From Octopus vulgaris (taxonomy: Eukaryota), in NCBI GenBank assembly GCA_951406725.2, contig OX597837.1, positions 19,778,001 to 19,842,000 on the forward strand: a DNA stretch of 64,000 bases, given 5' to 3'. Below the pieces are notes generated by a model that was not told the origin of the DNA, made no database searches, and was given only the letters and a program-made list of their open reading frames with translations. Positions 59,425 to 64,000 of the stretch are shown here, piece after piece (position 1 is the stretch's first letter; each line of letters begins with the position of its first letter). Made by a program: the position numbers and the translations under genes.

Positions 59425-59572
59425 TGTGTATACAGGCATGCGTGCGTGAACTGTGTTATATACGCCGCTAGGTGTCAGTAAATCGAGAAGGTATTGTCTC
59501 AAGATTAGAGGAGGACATGTGTCAGCTCAGCTTGGCGATGTATTACGGCTGCAGCAGTAGCTGTTAGAATGG

Positions 59573-59617
<45 letters not shown>

Positions 59618-59746
59618 ATTGTAGTAGAAATAGCAGGAGTAGCAGCAGTATTGGTAGTGACAGCGGTGGTGCTTGTAGCGGTGGTTTTAACTACGGCTGT
59701 TGATATAAACAGTTGCTAAGGCATGGCGAAGTGTACACATACACAC

Positions 59747-59777
<31 letters not shown>

Positions 59778-60019
59778 CAAGCACACACACATATATGTAT
59801 ATATGGTACGCAGAGATGACTTCTGATATACATCTCTGCGCGTGTCTTTGTGATTTTGAGTGCGCACGCCTGTGTAAAGATGGAGGTGCGCGCACGCGCT
59901 TATATGTGTATATATGCGAACATGTGTTTGCATGCATGTGTGTACATATATATGTCTATATTTATCAATGTATATATACATACATAGGTACATACATATA
60001 TGTATATATATACACACAC

Positions 60020-60116
<97 letters not shown>

Positions 60117-60921
60117 CAACAAGAGGCTTCCAAATAAGAAAGCCTTGTGCTAGAAAGAGCAGTAGAAAACTCATACCACCAATTAAGGATAAATTCTCGA
60201 AAGGAATGAAAATTAAAAATGTTTACCATCTCAATTATTTCCAGCAAAAAAAAATTCGATTTCTTTAGTGAGAAATATTCTGGCAAGTTGGCGCCCTTCA
60301 GTGAAACGATGCTATATTTTCGTTCTCAAGGCAAAATGTTGCATATCAAAAGTTTTCTTTTCCTAAAGTACGCATGCAAAGAATGGGGGCTTGGTTAGAG
60401 TTCGTCAAATTTTTGCATGTTGAGTGCATGAATTTGTACTGTTTTTGTTGAAGTTCAACGTAATGTTACATTTTCTTCTGAAATGTCATCCGTTATCTGA
60501 AAATTTTTATTAATATAATATTCTTTTTACATTTCTCATCGTTACTTCTTCTGAGGATGGTACCTATATAATATGCAGGAACTACTGACTTAGAATTATA
60601 CTATGGAATATGAATGAGATTTCTAATCATGAGCGATCTTTTTCCCAAGCTACGAACTGGGGCTAGACAGCAGAAACAGCGTGTCTTAATTCCATGACAA
60701 TGCGACAACTCTGTGAAAACTTAACATTGAGACAGACCATCAAATGTCAACACATAATAAACTTGACATCGTTTCTCTTTTGACAACAATACTAATAACA
60801 CGGTAATGATCAGTATAGCGATACAAAAATTAATAAAGTTGTGTACAAGTTAGCGGTAAAATCTAAGGATTTACACCAGCTTCAATTTTCAATTAAAAAG
60901 AGTACGGCAGGTAAGGTACCT

Positions 60922-61151
60922 ATTTCTTTATTACCCACAAGGGGCTAAACACGAGGGGACAAACAAGGACAGACATAGGTATTAAGTCGAGTACATCGAC
61001 CCCAGTGCGTAACTGGTACTTAATTTATCGACCCCGAAAGGATGAAAAGCAAAGTCGACCTCGGCGGAATTTGAACTCACAACGTAACGGCAGAGGAAAT
61101 ACGGCTATGCATTTCGCCCGGCGTGCTAACATTTCTGCCAGCTCGCCGCCT
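60922..61151 (-). mobile_element. Full-length SINE family A with up to 19-bp TSD
   Basis: tacggcaggtaaggtacct at 60903-60921 and 61152-61170. Confidence 0.93.
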
Positions 61152-61304
61152 TACGGCAGGTAAGGTACCTGTCTCCGGCTCCATTTGACATACCTGAAGT
61201 GTTACACAACCATTTCTCTAAGAACGTGAACAAATTACTTTTAACGATAAAACCATGTTCTATGAGAATTTATACATACATACATACATATATATATATA
61301 TACT

Positions 61305-61543
61305 CTTTACTCTCTTTTACTCTTTTACTTGTTTCAGATATTTGACAGTGGCCGTGCTGGAGCACAGCCTTTAGTCGAGCAAATCGACCCCAGGACTTAT
61401 TCTTTGTAAGCCTAGTACTTATTCTATCGGTCTGTTTTGCCGAACCGATAAGTTACGGGGACGTAAACACACCAGCATCGGTTGGTGTGTTTACATCAAC
61501 ATCAAGGGATGTTGGGGGGACAAACACAGACACACAAACATAT

Positions 61544-61578
<35 letters not shown>

Positions 61579-61750
61579 CATATATACGACGGGCTTCTTT
61601 CAGCTTCCGTCTACCAAATCTACTCACAAGGTTTTGGTCGGTCTGACACTATAGTAGAAGACACTTGCCCAAAGTGCCATGCAGTGGGAATGAAACTGGA
61701 ACCATGTAGTTGGTAAGCAAGCTACTTACCACACAGCAACTCCTACGCCT
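61305..61750 (-). mobile_element. Full-length SINE family B
   Basis: tRNA-like head ggcgtaggagttgctgtgtggtaag..ggttccagtttc, internal (TA)/(TG) tract, tail ending in (gtaaaaga)n. Confidence 0.9.
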
Positions 61751-61774
61751 ATATCTATCTATCTACCTATCTAT

Positions 61775-61870
61775 CTATCTTATATAAAATCCGTTCTTTT
61801 TGTCTGTGTGTATGCCTTCTAGGATCTCGGGCATCCTCCATCCGATTGCGCTCAAATTTGATATGTAGAT
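61775..61870 (+). mobile_element. Possible Helitron-type 5' end
   Basis: tctatcttatataaaa..tgtctgtgtgt..ccgattgcgctcaaatttg resembles non-autonomous Helitron 5' ends; cut by a SINE. Confidence 0.35.
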
Positions 61871-62106
61871 ACCTATTTCTTTATTATCCGCAAGGGGATA
61901 AACATAGAAGGGACAAACAAGGACAGATATAGGTATTAAGTCGATTACATCGACCCCAGTGCGTAACTGGTACTTAATTTATCGACCCCGAAAGGATGAA
62001 AGGCAAAGTCGACCTCGGCGGAATTTGAACTCACAACATAACGACAGACGAAATACGGCTGCGCATTTCGCCCGGCGTGCTAACGTTTCTGCCAGCTCGC
62101 CGCCTT
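61871..62106 (-). mobile_element. Full-length SINE family A
   Basis: Closely similar to 60922-61151. Confidence 0.9.
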
Positions 62107-62109
62107 CGA

Positions 62110-62740
62110 TTATGCTGTTTCTGTCTGGCCAGTCCTCATTGAAATGGAGTACCTCATAAGACATGACAGACTAGGGCAGAACACCCACTGGAATACTTGT
62201 AAATTCTACAAAATTAAATCCGATGAAAGTAGTACAGGCACCATCCAGAGGATCTAGTAAATGGCGAGTGTCACCATCCTTTGGAACTTTCCAATACAAA
62301 CAGAAAAATTGACTCCAATCAACCAGACATTGTGATCAAGGACGACAAGAGAGGAATTTGTCTGTTAATAGATATGTCTGTCCCACAAAATCAAAATGTC
62401 TCTAAAAAAAGGAATATGAAATGTTTTCTCATTATAAAGACCGGAAAATTGAAATCACAAAAATGTGGAAGCTTAGTACTACCAGTGGTAATTGGTGCGT
62501 TGGGAATGATAAAGAAGGGAGCTGAGAAGTATATTAAGCAACTCCCTGGTAACTCCAATCTCCGTGAACTACAAGAGAAAACCCTGTTGGGTACAGCCCA
62601 TATACTATGGCAAGCACTCTCCATCTAAAATGGAATAAATGTGGTAATAGAAAAACAAAAGTGCCCTTGCTGCTCTTGGCCTCTGGAGGAGGCCCGGTAC
62701 TAAGGCAGCTGAAATGAAGTTATAATGAAAGGAAACAACA
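62110..62740 (+). mobile_element. R4/Dong-clade 3' fragment
   Basis: NQPDIVIKD..LLIDMSVP..PVVIGALG..LLGTAHIL; ends in (CAA)(TAA)n. Confidence 0.85.
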
Positions 62741-63003
62741 ACAACAGCAATAATAATAATAATAATAATAATAATTCTTTCGACAATAGGTTTGAAATTT
62801 TGGAGGAGACGACTAGTCGTTTAACTCGATACGAGTGTTTCACTGGTACTTAATTTATCGACCATGAAAAAATGAAAGACAAAGTCGACTTATAAGTAAA
62901 GGCGGACGTAATGCCGCTAGGCATTTTGTGAAGCATGCTAGCGATTCTGCTAACCTTAGGAATAATAATAATTATCATAATAATAATATTAATAATAATA
63001 ACA

Positions 63004-63440
63004 ATGGAAAAACTATCAAAATACAAGGATCTTGAAATTGAAATATTCAAGATGTGGGGTATGAAGGTAAAAGCAATACCATAAATGATCAGAGCATTAG
63101 ATATGGTTTTAAAAATATGAAGAGAAACATAAGAGCCATACCAGGGTTTTCCGCATTGCTCTCTGCCCTCCATCCAATTTTGTGCAAGACGCTATCAATT
63201 CAATACAATAGCTCATATAGAACAATTTTTACACACAACACACCCTCTATGCAGCAAGTATCTAATGGCCTGAAACAACACGTGCTAACACAACTTACAT
63301 TACACACCTCACACACAACAGAACAAGCACTCATATAATAAAGAGACAAACTGATGTACCAACCGGAGGAGTTGATACACCCCAATCCCCACAAGTCCCA
63401 CACACCTCAGGAACACTGGGGTACATCAAGAGTAAGAAAA
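63004..63440 (+). mobile_element. R4/Dong-clade 3' fragment
   Basis: MEKLSKYKDLEIEIFKMWG...ILCKTLSIQ following (TAA)n. Confidence 0.8.
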
Positions 63441-63459
63441 AAATGAAGTTATCTTCTCT

Positions 63460-63690
63460 AGTCATGCTGACTCATAAGGGCTTGTTTCACAGTTTTCATG
63501 GCCTAGGAATTCCCCGGTTGGACGGGACGACTGTCTATCGCAGTATTACTCATTTTTGTCAGCTGAGTGGACTGGAGCAACGTGAAATGAAGTGCTTTGC
63601 TGAAGAACACACCGCGTGGCCAGGTCCAGGAATCGAAACCACAATCTTATGACCACGATTCCCACACCCTAACCACTAAGCCACGCGCCT
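63460..63690 (-). mobile_element. SINE family C
   Basis: Homologous to 28800-29040. Confidence 0.82.
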
Positions 63691-63899
63691 CTACGGTGCA
63701 CAAAGTGGGGCAATGAAAACTCTCGTGAAACTATTGAAAAGGATAAGATATCAGCTGCGGTGGCGAAGTGGAAAACTGACGAAATATTGACAAAATGGGG
63801 GCCGGGAGCCATTTAAAACCAGGAAATTTCCAAGGATGCTTAATGTCCGTCACCACTTTTGTTCCTAGCTCTAGCCTCTCGGACGAACTTGCTGAAAGG

Positions 63900-64000
63900 C
63901 AACACCGCGGGATGGAGAAGCTTTGAACAAAACATAAATCGTCTCTTCCATATGGACGACTTAAAAATCATTTTACGGAGATGTACTTGCATAGCAAGTG
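63900..64000 (+). mobile_element. R4/Dong RT fragment at window edge
   Basis: INRLFHMDDLK resembles the R4-clade catalytic INHLLFMDDLK motif. Confidence 0.5.

Overview
AT-rich eukaryotic genomic DNA saturated with microsatellites. The SINE families and repeat landscape strongly suggest an Octopus genome (inference). No intact multi-exon gene, rRNA, bona fide tRNA gene or CRISPR array is visible, and almost all ORFs in the track are microsatellite artefacts. Recognisable content: three families of tRNA-derived SINEs (about 30 copies, some with clear TSDs); fragments of R4/Dong, Tx1/L1, RTE and CR1 LINEs; Penelope-like element (PLE) pieces including a GIY-YIG domain; three Tc1/mariner relics; several MITEs; a TTAA-flanked Kolobok-type element; and one plausible 144-bp coding exon near the left edge. 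The most striking features are (i) small (TA)n-embedded elements carrying minimal type I hammerhead-ribozyme motifs, one of which (1646-2068) is a 362-bp unit plus a 61-bp terminal redundancy like a retrozyme, (ii) a TIR-bounded element family carrying telomere-like TTAGGG arrays, and (iii) a SINE family whose internal microsatellite repeatedly hosts other elements. Ends of decayed elements are approximate.
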